A stretch of 63,923 nucleotides of DNA, counting the filler, from Saprolegnia diclina VS20 (Eukaryota), in the NCBI RefSeq assembly GCF_000281045.1. It is 12 parts of 4 records of this genome, joined end to end, with 100 filler letters (N's around TTAATTAATTAA, not from the genome) between each part and the next. Parts side by side here need not be neighbours in the genome. Positions count along the whole stretch, not along the records: positions 1 to 13,112 come from NW_008246146.1; 11 more parts are not named here. The stretch is one strand, 5' to 3'. The translations under genes were made by a program, and so were the position numbers. The notes beneath the pieces are model-generated. The model saw only the letters and a list, made by a program, of their open reading frames with translations. It did not search any database and was not told the DNA's origin. Of the stretch, positions 1 to 12,300 are shown in pieces (the stretch's first letter is position 1; every line of letters starts with the position of its first letter).

Positions 1-20
1 GCCCACCGCCGGCCACGGGC

Positions 21-461
21 ATGGTCCGCGTCCTGCTCCAGCTCGAAGGCCTCTTCCTCCTCATCGCATGTCTCGTGGGCTACGCGCGGCTACAGGGCAA
101 CTGGATCGTCTTTGCGTGCGGCTTCTTCGCCGGCGACCTCTTTTCGGTCGCGTATGTCGGCGGCAACTGGCTCGGCGCGAGCGTCTACAACCTCTCGCAT
201 ACGCTCGTGGGCCCGCTAATCGTGCTCGCAATCTACGCGGTGCTGCCGTCGTCGCCCATCGGCGTGGCCTACGCGGGGCTTATCTGGATGGCGCACATTG
301 GCTGGGAGCGCTCGCTTGGGTACGGGCTTCGGTACCCCGAAGGCTTTCTCGCAACGAGCATCACGGTCGATCAAGACCCCACGATTTACTTTCAAAAGCC
401 ACCAGCGGCGACCGATACGCCCGTCGCGTCGTACCGTACGTTCCAGCCCTCCGCCGTGTAA
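21..461 (+). CDS. DUF4260-like small multi-pass membrane protein
   Basis: Intronless 146-aa ORF. Motifs LLQLEGL, GDL, YNLSHT and LIWMAHIGWERSLGYGLRY resemble the DUF4260 pattern as I recall it (LLRLEG..PDL..YN.aH..W.AHIG.DR.LGYGLKY). Confidence 0.8.
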   Translation: MVRVLLQLEGLFLLIACLVGYARLQGNWIVFACGFFAGDLFSVAYVGGNWLGASVYNLSHTLVGPLIVLAIYAVLPSSPIGVAYAGLIWMAHIGWERSLGYGLRYPEGFLATSITVDQDPTIYFQKPPAATDTPVASYRTFQPSAV

Positions 462-1232
462 TCGCGCCGCAAGCCGTTCGGACGATCACTGTTCTGCCAT
501 GACAGCGCATGGATGGGTTGCGACCACTGCCTCTGAATTGCCCCTTGATAATGTAAGCTGCACTTGATGACGGTGGCATTGGTCTTATGCCAACGTTGCA
601 GCCAGCATTGAGCATGGTCGCATGAGCTACGACGAGATGGAGGCCACTTGCCAAATATTGCCGATGTGCCGCTACTAGTACGTTCGCTATGGGACTGCGC
701 TCGAGGAGACTCGATGGCAAATCGACTTTGCCCGGAGTTCGCCACTTTCTGGGCGTAAACGATCGTCGGCGCCACTCGAGCAAACTCGTCGCTCCAACCT
801 CTCCGCTACGAACTAGCAAGAATACATAAACTCAAATCGGAGTTGTGTACTCTTGGAACTATATATGTAGGCTCGTGCGTGAAAGAAACAAGGACAACTT
901 GTCCACGCGGCGTCCATACCGCTACCGACAGTCCTTCCCAATTGTGTTTTATTGGCCAAATTTTGACCAATGGCCTGGCGCGGTTAGCCCTGCGTCTACC
1001 TGCGGACGACCAAAATACTACTAGCCGAGGTGGCGATAAAGCTGATGGCGTGCAGATGACCGACTGTATCCACGAGACTGGGTCGTTCTCGTGGCGTTCA
1101 CCGTGGGCTCTTGCCCGATGTCAACAAGTGGCAGAGTCGGTTGATTGGCGGTTACGCCTCGCACTTTGCGGGAAAACGGTATTTTATCCGGATAAAGTAC
1201 GTGTATCGACCCAATCAACCCATTTCTGGATC

Positions 1233-1949
1233 ATGGTGCAAGTCCCTCCGCCGACGCTGGCGGCTGTCGACGTGGCCGAGATGGAGCTCTGGGAGCGCGA
1301 GTCAGCGCCTGCGTTCCAGTACACTGTCCGAGTCGGCAACCTCGTCAAGCGCCTCACGGCGATCCAAGATCGTAGCCTCTGCACGACCGAGAAGCCCGCC
1401 GTTGCATCGCACGGCCATTGCGTCTGGGACGCTGCACTCGTGCTGGCCGAGTACCTACAGCGCCACGCGCAGCCCTGGCAGCAAGCCGTCGAGCTCGGCG
1501 CCGGCGTCGGCCTCGTGGGCATGACGCTCTCGGCCATCGGCGTCACCGACGTCGTCCTCACTGACCAAGCGTACTGTCTTCCGCTGCTGCAAAAGAACGT
1601 CGAGTACAACTTTGGCGCCGACCGCCGTCCTCGCGTGCTGGAGCTGCAGTGGGGCGAGGCCGAGACGAATCTGTCGCCGGACGTCGTCGTCGCGTCGGAC
1701 ATTCTGTACAATGCCAGTGTCTTTCCGCTACTGGTGCGGACGATCTGCCAGCTACTTGCGTCACCAGAGAGCGTCATGTTAATGACATACGAGACGCGGA
1801 ACGCGGCCATGGAAGCGGACTTCATCCAGCAACTCGAGGCGCAAGGGCTGCATTGCGACTGTGTTTCGCTCGACCACGCCCGGTATGCGACCCTCGTGCC
1901 CTACCCCGAGGAGATTTTTCTGTATCGAATTTCACCTATTACCAAATAA
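1233..1949 (+). CDS. METTL21/EEF1AKMT-type protein-lysine methyltransferase (seven-beta-strand, Methyltransf_16)
   Basis: Motifs GHCVWDAALVLAEYL, VELGAGVGLVG (SAM motif I), VVLTD, LQWGE, DVVVASDILY and YETR. ATG at 1233 is the likely start inside the 843..1949 ORF. Confidence 0.9.
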   Translation: MVQVPPPTLAAVDVAEMELWERESAPAFQYTVRVGNLVKRLTAIQDRSLCTTEKPAVASHGHCVWDAALVLAEYLQRHAQPWQQAVELGAGVGLVGMTLSAIGVTDVVLTDQAYCLPLLQKNVEYNFGADRRPRVLELQWGEAETNLSPDVVVASDILYNASVFPLLVRTICQLLASPESVMLMTYETRNAAMEADFIQQLEAQGLHCDCVSLDHARYATLVPYPEEIFLYRISPITK

Positions 1950-2485
1950 AGCTTAAAGAGCGCACTTCGTGTATACATGGTGTTGACAAGTCGAGAGATC
2001 GAGGTTACTTGCCATGGGTCAATAATAGACCCATGCTTGCTAATGCCGAGCTTCTCCTCGGTAGATGGAGAACGCGCTGCAACGTTCACGACGACTCGCG
2101 TCAACGAGGAGCGGTTTGAGATCCACTCGATAACACCGGTCGTTTCAACTGCGTCGAAATTAGCACAACGCCGCTTGACGATGACCAATCGGATGCCGAG
2201 CTTACGAGGTCGTAATGTGAGGTGTTCCTTTCACGTCACCCAACAAGGTGGCGTCTCAAGTCACTACGTTCTTAGGGACCGACTTGAAGATGCGATAGCT
2301 CGGGAGGCCAGCCACCTGTCATTGCTGCGTCATTGGGATCTTTTTCATTGGGTCGCGCACGCTAACGTTTACGGAGACCCCGAGCGGTTGAACCGGCGTT
2401 CGGTTTCGTGGAACATACTAGTATCTCACATTTGCATGCTGCGGGACGCGTGCCACAAGCCTACCACGCCCTTGACTCTAACCCG

Positions 2486-4156
2486 ATGACGAGCCCTTCC
2501 AGCGTGACGCCGACACCGTCGACCAGTGCCAAGACGACACTCGACTGTCGTGTCGACGCTACGGCTGCCATCGAGGTTGACGTCGCCGACAAAGCATCGA
2601 TGTGCCATATCTGGGCCCTTGGCGTCCTCACTGTCATTGGCGGTCAGTTTTACGGCTGGAACGAAGCGCTAAGTACCGGCTTTGTACCCTACTTTGTGTC
2701 GCAAGTGCTCATGGGCCTCGCCTTCATTGCGTACATGGCGTGTGCTTCTGAAGTCTGCGGCAAAATTCAGTTTTCCGGCGGCGCGTACGGCCTCGCGCGC
2801 GTCACGCTCGGCTTCTACACCGGCTTCCTCGTCGGCTTTTTAGAGCTCCTCGAGTACGTCACGTACACGTCGGTCTCGGTGCTCTTCATGTCGGACTTTA
2901 TGACGACAACGTACGGCGTGGAGAAGGCGTGGGAGCCGCTGCTCTGGGCTATCTACTACGCGGTGACGACGAGCCTGATCTTGCTCCGCGGCAAACATTT
3001 TTGGCGCTTTTGTCTCGTCCTTGCCGCAGCGTGTGTGGTGCCACCCCTCGTCTATTGCGTCGCCTCGATTGGGCATACTGACTTTGCAACATATGGACCG
3101 CTCCAAATCGGCAACGCGTCCGAACAAGAGGTGTGGGTCACCGGCGACCTCGGCGCTGCCTACTTTGCGTGGCTGCCTTATACCACGTGGGCGTACGCCG
3201 GGGTCGAGTGCCTCACACTGGTGACGAGCGTCACAAAAGATGCCAAGACGTCGATGCCCAAGGGCTTGATGGCCGCCACCTACACGCTCTTCGTGTTCAA
3301 CGTGGCGCTGGTGTGCATCGTCTCGGCGCTGCCACCTGGTCTCGCGGCCACGGCAAGTGCCCAGTTCCCGCTCAACACTGGGTTCGAGCTCGGTCTGCAC
3401 ATGTCGGCGCACGGGGCGTCGTGGCTCATCATGCCCGGTCAATTTGGCATGGCGTTTGGCTTCATGATGCCATGCGCACGACTGGCGCAGGCGCTCGCCG
3501 ACTCCAACTTGCTGCCGCTGCGTCTCGGAATCAAGGGCCAGTCGACGCCGCGCCGGGCGCTGGTGCTGACGTCGACCAGCGGGTACCTCATCTGCCTCGT
3601 CTCGTTCTACAGTCCTCTGTTTCTAAGTGCGCTTCAAAACATTTCGATTCTGGCGGCGGTGCTCTGCTACGGCGCGCAGATCGGCGGCTTTGTCATGCTC
3701 CGGACGCGGTACCGCACCGAGACAACAGGGTACGTCTCTCCGTTTGGAATGCCCGGGGCCGTCTACGCGTGTGTGATTTACAGCCTCTTGGGCATCTCGA
3801 TCATCGGCGGCTTTCAAGACGACAACGGCGTCGCCCTTGGCTCACTCATCGCATTTTTGATGGTGCTCTCGCTCTATTATCATTTTGTGTGCAAGAAGAT
3901 CCAGTCCATCTCGAAAGACGAGTACAGCTCGATTTTCCGCTTTAGCGTCATGAAGTTCAACGCAGCACGGAAAAAGAAGACAACAAATGGCGGCACCAAA
4001 CACGGAGCGTCTAAAAACACCCATCTCTCGGCGAACGGCCCCAAACCCAACGGGTGCTCCAACGGCCATGGTGGCAGCGGCCGCACATTCGGGCTAGGCG
4101 GCGCGACTCGTGGCAGTAGCATCAAGTCGATCGCGGTGCAGGCGGCCAAGGCATGA
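2486..4156 (+). CDS. APC-superfamily amino acid/amine permease (ethanolamine-permease-like), copy 1
   Basis: About 12 hydrophobic segments. Motifs IWALGVLTVIGGQFYGWN, SEVCGKIQFSGGAYGLAR, WAYAGVE and YVSPFG. Intronless. Confidence 0.88.
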   Translation: MTSPSSVTPTPSTSAKTTLDCRVDATAAIEVDVADKASMCHIWALGVLTVIGGQFYGWNEALSTGFVPYFVSQVLMGLAFIAYMACASEVCGKIQFSGGAYGLARVTLGFYTGFLVGFLELLEYVTYTSVSVLFMSDFMTTTYGVEKAWEPLLWAIYYAVTTSLILLRGKHFWRFCLVLAAACVVPPLVYCVASIGHTDFATYGPLQIGNASEQEVWVTGDLGAAYFAWLPYTTWAYAGVECLTLVTSVTKDAKTSMPKGLMAATYTLFVFNVALVCIVSALPPGLAATASAQFPLNTGFELGLHMSAHGASWLIMPGQFGMAFGFMMPCARLAQALADSNLLPLRLGIKGQSTPRRALVLTSTSGYLICLVSFYSPLFLSALQNISILAAVLCYGAQIGGFVMLRTRYRTETTGYVSPFGMPGAVYACVIYSLLGISIIGGFQDDNGVALGSLIAFLMVLSLYYHFVCKKIQSISKDEYSSIFRFSVMKFNAARKKKTTNGGTKHGASKNTHLSANGPKPNGCSNGHGGSGRTFGLGGATRGSSIKSIAVQAAKA

Positions 4157-4823
4157 GCATCGAAACGAGTTAGTGCAAAGACCCATGTATAAATACGTAT
4201 ATTCACTGAGCTGGAACGCGTATATCAGCAAGTTAGTTACTTTGATTTGGTGCAGTTTTGTCAGGCACTGCCTTCCAAGGTACGATCAGAGGCAACTCCG
4301 CCACCGCCAACCCAATCTGGTTGTCAACTCTAGTCGCAAGTCTGCCTTCGAGCTAAGGAACTCCGACGTGGTGGTCTTCCTGGACGGTGGTGCCCCATGC
4401 ACTGGCATTCGGTGAGCAAACGTCGATCGACGGCCGTTGTGTGCAGTGGCCAACGCTTGCGGCTGAGCCAATTCTCACCGTGGCCGATGACGTCAACAGA
4501 AAATGGAATGGTCGCGCAGGAACCGACCCGATCTCCGGCGTGGGCACGATCCACCATCGATCACTCAAGGCTTGGACGTCGCAGCGGAGCTGTTTCCCAT
4601 GTACAAACACGATGCAGCTGCCACAACCCCTCATCCTATACGACGAGGTACGTGTGTTTGCGAGTATGTGCTCGAAGCTTTAACGCCCACGCCCCGCCGT
4701 TGTCGAGGGAATCGGTCGTTCTCTGCCTCACTTCTCGAGGGTTAGGGCGTAACGCCTAACGCCAACCACCGCGCTCAGCAACGGTGGTCGTAGCTAGTTG
4801 CGCTTTTGCATACACAAAGACCC

Positions 4824-6485
4824 ATGCCGAGCTGCGTGGTGCCTGTGACGACAGACGGGTGGCGCGCCTCGACGACCCAGTCAACGACCGGCGAGTCGTC
4901 GTCGACGCACACCGTTCAAGACGGGTACATTGCCGAGCTTGACGTGAAAGACAAGGCAAATTGGGTTCAAATTTGGGCGTTTGGAGTCGTCATTGTCGCC
5001 GGCGGCCAGTACTACGGGTGGACCGCGGCCTACGCGACGGGATTTCTACCAATCATGATCTCGCAGCTCGTGATGGGACTCGCGTTTGTGATTTACATGG
5101 CGTGCGCCGCCGAGGTTTGCGGCAAGATCGCCTTCTCTGGCGGCTCGTACGGTCTCTCGCGCGTCACGCTCGGCTTTTACTGCGGCTACCTCATCGGGAT
5201 CCTCGAGCTCATCGAGTACATTACGTACGCGGCCGTCTCGTTTGTGTTTATCGGCAACTTTTGCACGGACGAGCTCGGTATGCCGTGGACGTACCAGCCG
5301 CTCGTGCACCTCACTTGCTACGTCGTTTCGATTGGTTTCTACCAGCTCCCCGGACGGTACCTCTGGCCGTCTATGACAGTCTTTGGGTTTGTCTGCGGCC
5401 TCCCACTGCTGCTCTACATCCTCGCGGCCTGTCCTTTTGCCGACCTTGCGACCAACGGGAAGCTGCAGACTGATACCTCGGCGTCGGCATGGGCAACCGG
5501 CGATCTCAGCAGCGCGTACTTTGCGTGGGCGCCCTTGACGACGTGGGCGTACGCAGGCATCGAGTCGCTCACCCTCGTGACCGACCTGACGATCGACCCG
5601 CTCGTGACGATGCCACGAGGTATTTTCGCCACCGTTGCGACCAATTTTCTTCTCAACGTCGGACTGGTGTTTGTTGTGCCGGCGGTCGCCCCGGGCCTCG
5701 TCGCCGCCGCCGAGAACCCGTCGTACCCGCTCAATCCCGGCTTTGCACTTGGTCTTGGCCTCTCCGACATGGGTGGCAAGTGGCTCATGCTCCCAGCGCA
5801 GTTTGGCATGGCGTTTGGCTTTGTCTTGCCGTACGCACGCCTTGCCCAAGCCTTGGCCGACTCCCACTTGCTCCCTAACTGGCTCGGGCTCCTCGGGCAG
5901 ACGTCGACGCTCAAAGCCATGATTGTTACGTCGAGTGCCGGGTATGTGATCTGCCTCCTCTCGCTCTTCGTACCCGCGCTCGACGCGTCGCTGCAAAACA
6001 TTAGCATTCTCGCCGCGAGCTTTTGCTACTTGGGGCAAATCACCGGCTTTGTCATGCTCCGGACCATCTACAAGACGGACTCGGTCGGGTTCCAGAGCCC
6101 GTTTGGGATCTGGGGCGCCTACTTTGCGTGTTTCATTTACCTTCTCCTTGCGATCTCGATCATTGGCGGCTTTCAAGGCGACGACGGCGTCGCTGTTGGC
6201 GCACTTGCGCTTCTCGTACTCTTGAGCTCGGCCTACTATCATTGCGTGGCCAAGCACGTGCAAACGATCTCGAAGGAAGAGTACGCCTCCATCTTTCGGT
6301 TCAGCGTCATGAAGTTCAACCGTCGCCGACGCAAAATCAAGACCAAGAACCGTCTCGCTGCGCACTTCTCTTGGCTGCATTTTGCGAGCGCCAAGTCGAC
6401 GAGATCCAGGTACGACACGACGACCAAGCGCGACCGGTCGACCAAGGCCATCCCAAACCAAGGCTGTCCGGGCGCTGCCAGCTAG
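4824..6485 (+). CDS. APC-superfamily amino acid/amine permease, tandem paralog copy 2
   Basis: Collinear with copy 1 (GGQYYGW, EVCGKIAFSGGSYGL, WAYAGIE, ISKEEYASIFRFSVMKFN). Confidence 0.88.
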   Translation: MPSCVVPVTTDGWRASTTQSTTGESSSTHTVQDGYIAELDVKDKANWVQIWAFGVVIVAGGQYYGWTAAYATGFLPIMISQLVMGLAFVIYMACAAEVCGKIAFSGGSYGLSRVTLGFYCGYLIGILELIEYITYAAVSFVFIGNFCTDELGMPWTYQPLVHLTCYVVSIGFYQLPGRYLWPSMTVFGFVCGLPLLLYILAACPFADLATNGKLQTDTSASAWATGDLSSAYFAWAPLTTWAYAGIESLTLVTDLTIDPLVTMPRGIFATVATNFLLNVGLVFVVPAVAPGLVAAAENPSYPLNPGFALGLGLSDMGGKWLMLPAQFGMAFGFVLPYARLAQALADSHLLPNWLGLLGQTSTLKAMIVTSSAGYVICLLSLFVPALDASLQNISILAASFCYLGQITGFVMLRTIYKTDSVGFQSPFGIWGAYFACFIYLLLAISIIGGFQGDDGVAVGALALLVLLSSAYYHCVAKHVQTISKEEYASIFRFSVMKFNRRRRKIKTKNRLAAHFSWLHFASAKSTRSRYDTTTKRDRSTKAIPNQGCPGAAS

Positions 6486-6743
6486 ATATCTAAGCATATA
6501 TTGCTGTTTATAATCATATTTTGTTGGAAAACTCGGGCGCTGTCGATGAGCCAAAAGTGCAAAATGAAGACGTGGCGCGCTGCCAGTGTGCTGCGCTTAA
6601 GGAAAATGCCTTTAAAGCAACGCTACTACCACTGTGCTGAAGGAACTTTCCGTATGTCTACACCTTGGTGCAGGGAGGTATTCCTTCATTACCAATTGCA
6701 TACAGTGATAGGGGATTGGCTGGGAATATATTCTTATTGACCA

Positions 6744-9203
6744 ATGCGCGTAGTTTGTGCCATCTTGGCCGATGCCATTGGTTAAAATTAAATCAGCTGG
6801 ACCCACCGGGGACATGCAGAGAGCAGGTCGCACCAGATCACGGACGCCGGCTTCATGGCGACTGGCCTCACGCCACATGGACTGCGCCGACGACTTGCGC
6901 CGTCTCGGCGAAGCCAAGCAGCGTCGAACGACCTCTGGCTCGTCTCGCCCTGCGACGCCTGCTCGGGAATGAGCAGCACTGTCTGCATTCGGTCCTCGCC
7001 GAGCGTATCGTACACCAACCTCGCGCTCGGGGCGTACTCGTGCAACAACAGCTCGTGCAGCCAATGCATCGACCGGTTCAAAAACGACGAAGGGACGACG
7101 TGGACCTTCAACACGGCCATGTGGCCGCCGGGCGCGCCGCTTCGCGTCAACTTTAGCGCCACCGAGAACAGCAGCACGGGGCCGACCACCATGTACGCAC
7201 CATCATGCGCTGAGCGACTGCTAACAACACACTGCCATGCCTAGCATCTTTTCCGGAGCAGCAAGTGCGGCGAGCTCGACGCGCGTCCCTGCGCTTGACG
7301 TGAGCGGTCTAGCCCGTCTCTCCACCTTGTACCGTCGTCGTGCCATTCGCATCTTTGCACTTATCTATCTCTTGTAGGTACTTGCAGTCGCTCAATGTGA
7401 CGCCGCTCATGACGCAGACGCGCTCGTTTGGGCTGCCACAAAACTTGACTACGCTGTGCGTCGTTTGGTCGAATTTGGGTTTTTGGCTTATCTCTAGTCG
7501 ACTAGATCACTCACCGACTGCGCGATGGGCAATTTCACTTTGCCGTCATCGCTGTCGACCCTCCAAACACTGTACGTACAGTGTATTGTAGCGCCTGCTG
7601 ATACGAGAACACAGAACCATTCGATCGAGCATGGCCGTTGACGTCAACCTCTCTTGGCTCAACGTCTCGGGGTTTCGCTCGTCGCTGCAAACACTGTAGG
7701 ACATTCTTCTACTTGTTCCAACCCTATTCACCGACGACGTACCGTTCTAGTACAGTCGAGAACGTGACACTTCTCGACGCGGCGACCTTGAGCAAGAGCA
7801 TTCGACACTTTCACTTGACGTCGCTGAGCTTCCGGCACACGAACTTCGAGCTGACGCCCGTCTCGATCAAGACGTTCTTGTCGCTCCGAGCGATACCGTC
7901 GCTCGCCTTGGACGACTTGACGCTGCCGTGCCCCTACTATGCCCACAAGCTCTGTCTGCACGATACGAGCATTTGCGTCTACCGTACTTACTCCCGAGGT
8001 CGAAGTCCTGTCTCATATGCGTCGATAGGCCCGAGGCCCCGAACACCAGTCGATGACAACATGTCGAATGAAGTCAGCGCGTGGATCATCTTGATCTCGA
8101 TGACGCTGACGACGCTGTATGGCCTCGTCATGCGCTACCGCAGCAAGCGGACGCCGACCAAAGCCCCCAAGACGCGCAACGACGTTGCAATCGACAGCCT
8201 CCTCGACACGTCGTCGCAGCAGCCGTCGTCGCACCGACACGTCCGGCTCTTGACGCAGCCGCCGCCGTCGCGTTCTTTGTACTCGGGCGACGGCACCGTC
8301 GAAAGCGTCCTCCGGCAGGCACCTTCGCTAGCCCTTCTCGACGCAAGCGACATCCTCGAAACGTTGATTTTGTACCACCAAGGACCCCACATTTATGTCG
8401 CCCAAGGCGTGTACGTCCCCGACGATGGCCGCATCCAGCTCAAGCAAATCTCGGGGTACGAGTCGTACCTCGTGAGCATGGCGCGGACCATCGTCGACCT
8501 CGCCAAGCTGTCGCACCCGCACGTTGCGCAGCTTCGGGGCATCGTTGTCGTGTCGCCGTCGTCGCTCGCTGTCGTGATCGACGACTGCTCCGACAACGGC
8601 CCGCTCCTGTACGCGCGGTCGTCGTCCGCGGCGGGGAAGGCCAAGATGGCACTCGACCTCGCGTGCGCCCTGGCGTACTTGCACAGCGCTCATATTGTGC
8701 ACGGGCATCTCACGGCCGACACGGTGCTCGTGGATAGCATTGGGGATGTCTACCTCAACCCGCTCGATGTGCTCGCAAGCCACGTGTATGCAGCGCACTC
8801 GACGGACGCGCTGTACGTGGCGCCCGAGGTGCTCCTCGAGTCCAAGGCGACGCCGACGAGCGACGACGACGAAGTGACTGCGCGCCGCGTGCGCTTTGCG
8901 TCGCCGGCCGCCGACGTCTACGCGTTCGGCGTGCTCTTGGCCGAGATCGACGTGGGCGAGAGCGCGAAGACGTACTTGACGCGCAAGTGCCTCTCGTTCC
9001 AGGACAAGGCGATGCCAGTCGCGCAGCTCGTTGGGCTGCGGCACGCGCTCACGTTTTACCGCGGGCAATTCCAGCAAGTGATCGCGCTCTGCCTCCACGA
9101 AGACCCGTCGAGTCGACCGACCATGGCCGATGTTGTCGAGTACCTTGTAGACCCGAGCCCGACGCTACTGGGAGAATCGCCACCGCTGCTGTCGGCGTCA
9201 TGA
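6744..9203 (+). CDS. Multi-exon receptor-like protein: Cys-containing N-terminus, LRR-like exons, one TM helix, TKL-type pseudokinase
   Basis: Short exons read VPALDVSGLARLSTL, YLQSLNVTPL..LPQNLTTL and NFTLPSSLSTLQTL. TM helix SAWIILISMTLTTLYGLVM. Kinase motifs LSHPHV, ALAYLHS, YVAPEVL, ADVYAFGVLL and RPTM. Start and exon boundaries are inferred. Confidence 0.7.
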
Positions 9204-9329
9204 CAGCCATCAGATAAGGCCCAAGCAGCGACTGTACTCTAGTGTTCTTGCGGTAGCACACATGTCGCTTCGAGGGACATTGTCGGATGAAAGATGCATG
9301 TATGTACATGTGGCATGCAGCCTAGCTAG

Positions 9330-12300
9330 CTACCGGATGAGCGGGAGGGCGCGGGCGAGGTGCGCCGCCGACGGGTGCGACGCTGTGGCAGCTTGAAGGT
9401 CACTGCGATGCAGCACGAGCGTGCGCCACGTTTTGATGTCAAAGACATAGAGGTCGCCCTTGTACCAGCAAACAAGGAGACCAGTCAAAGCCGCGGACGC
9501 AAAGTCGATGAAGTAGATTCGGTCGTGGACCCAACCTTTTCTCTCAAAGAGGTACTTGGCACTGCAAGTCACCAAGAACGAGTCGCGCTCGTCCAGCGGC
9601 GGCAGCGTGTGCCAGAGGCGATCTGTGATGTAGAGAAGCGTCGAGCCGCCGAGCGCGATACCGACGAGCAAGAGCAGGCGAGAGACGGATCCAATGGCAA
9701 CGACACCGCTGTGGCATACCATTTCAAAATCCATTTCACCCAGAGAGCACGACCGCTGGATCGTTGCGCTGTGGGAGACAGGGCTCGTAAAACTCAGGAC
9801 GATCGCAATCAGCCACGCCGTCATCGCTGTCTTGGGCGTGTAGCTCGCACTGTACTGCCGTGTCCACGCCATGCACAGGTCGTCAAAGATGTAGACAAGC
9901 CAGCCGAGCTCGCTCGCTGCGAGGATCTTGGTGATGTACGCAATGAATGGCTCCACGTCGTCTCTGGACGCCGTCAGTTGCGTCATGATCCCAGTCTTTT
10001 GGAGCTGAAGCGTGGCGGTGCTGAGAATGCAGAGTGCTGTGACACTCCGGACAAAGAGCAGCGGGCGACCGATCCAGGTCAAGCCGCCAACGCGGTTGAC
10101 TTCAAAGAGGTTGAGGCCCTCGCTCGTGCAGCCATTTGCTAGCGTGTAGAGTCCCGCGATCAACGCAATGGCAGCTAGAACGAACGAGATGTACTGGCAG
10201 AGTCCTCGGAGGTACGTGGCGACGTTGAGCGGCATTTCGATACCGCTGGCGGCAAAGCTCGCCGCAAAGGAGATGGTCGAAAAGACTGCGAGGGAGCTCA
10301 CGTCACCGTCGACGCGAATGACTTCGCGAGACCCGACAGTCCACTCGTACGCCAAGCCCCAGTTGGAAAAGTGCATTGTCGCATCGGACGGATCGAAGAG
10401 CACTTGGTGGAAGAGCTCAACGCGGTTGGTCGGCACGTGCCGGGCGTACTGCATGAACCCTACGGAGGCGCCAATGACGTCGGCTTCGACCGCGACCGCC
10501 TCGACGCGGTACTGCTCGAGCACGCTCGGTGCAAAGTGCGTCGACACAAAGGTGGAGACGCTCTCGAGAACAACGAGGCACTGGGATGGCGCAATGACCT
10601 CTGACGCGCATGCCACCGGAATCAACGTCGTCGGGTCGAGTGCGATGCCCGATGCGATCACAGCAAACACCATTTGGACGGGGGTCACATAGACCCAGTC
10701 GTTGAAGCTGTTGTAGCACGTCGTGTCGACACCGGTGAACTGCGACATGCCAATGGAAAAGTTAAATGCGGTGGGCACTTCAGGGCAAAAGAGGTTGCCG
10801 CCTGAACAGAGGTACGTGGTTCGATCTAAGTACTTTGGCACGGGACTCAGCGAGCTCATCAAGATCATGCTTCCAAAGTCGGCTTGGGCGCGACTGGCTG
10901 CCATTTCGTCCGTGTTCTTGGCAAGGAGCGTCGTGAGCTCGCTCGTAATCGCGCGCTGCAGCCGACTGAGCGACGCAGGGTACGGTACGTGGAAGACATC
11001 AACCGCACCAAACACCCCGACATCGTCGTGAAAAGCATCGAGCACTTCGCCGAGCGGTAACTGCAATGTCGAATTCAAGACCATAAGAGACTGCAGCGAG
11101 GTATTGGCAAAGGCAAAGTGGGGACTTGGCCGTAAGAGCGACCTCCCAGCGATCCCAGAACCATTGGTTGCGATCGCCCAGAGATCACTCGCAAACGTCC
11201 AGTACGCCTTCCACGACGTCGACATGGAAGGGTGGTACGAACCGTTTTTGGACTGAAGTGTCATGTCGTATCTCAAACCAAAAGCGTTCTCAATTGAGAA
11301 AACGTCATGGAGGCCGAGTGCCTTGTAGTTTTGCCATTGCGTCGTATACGTCGTGAGACCCTTGGACTGCCACACTTTGGCTTCATCGACCACAGAGAGG
11401 CGGGAGCCACTGACAAGAGAAGTGAGCCACGCAGCGCCGTTGGGCTTGAGAGAGCCAATGTCTTTTGCAACCCCAATCTCAAACGAGGTGCCCCAGCACG
11501 ACTCAAACGTGGGCCAGTCGACATTTCTGAGAATCGACTCCAAGTAGACAGCACCATTACTATGATACTTGGCGTCACATCGCGCTTGACGACCAAGTGT
11601 GTTGGCCATCTCGACCTGCCGATCAAAGTCGAGCCAGCAATAACTGGTAGCGATCCACGGCGCGTTGCAGGCGTCCATGGAGCGAAGACCTTGAATCATC
11701 ATGAAAAGGTCGCTACCCGTCTCGTACTGGACGAATCTTGCATACGTCGGTGCATACGTGACGAGCGTACTTGAAGCTGAATAGTCAGTCATGTCGGCAA
11801 AGACGGGGAGATCGAGGCGCGTCGACGGCTGAGAAGCGTTGAAGAACAGGTATCGGTTGAACCAGTTGGACAGAAAGGTCTGCGTCCCCGTGGTGTTGTA
11901 CGTGGCCCACCAAAGATCGTTGGCCAAATTCACAGTCGAAAGCCGAAGATACGAAATACTACCCACCGCTGTCGCAGCGAGGTAAATGAGACCACTATAG
12001 ACCTTGAGTTTTGCAAACACCGAGGTCGGGTCTGTTTTAAAGCTTGCTCTCCGTGATGTCGTCTCGGTCGGACCAATGGGAGCTCGGAAAAGGTCGGGTC
12101 CCTTGCTCGCGAAGAAGAAGAGCCACAGTTTTGTATCAAAAATGCACCGGAGGGTCTGAAAGCGGAAGCGGAGAAAGCCGCTCATGGCCGCCGACGACGC
12201 ATCCAAGCTCCACATATCCGACTCTTTTGGCGCCAAAAATACCTCAGCACCTGCCGACACCAGATGCGTGAGCTTGGCGTGGCCCCCCGACGTCGCGGGA

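Noticed and set aside
5046..6554. Long antisense ORFs (502 aa here; others over ATM, ABCC and the ART gene)
   Set aside because: Expected shadows of GC-rich codon usage on the coding strand; no motifs.
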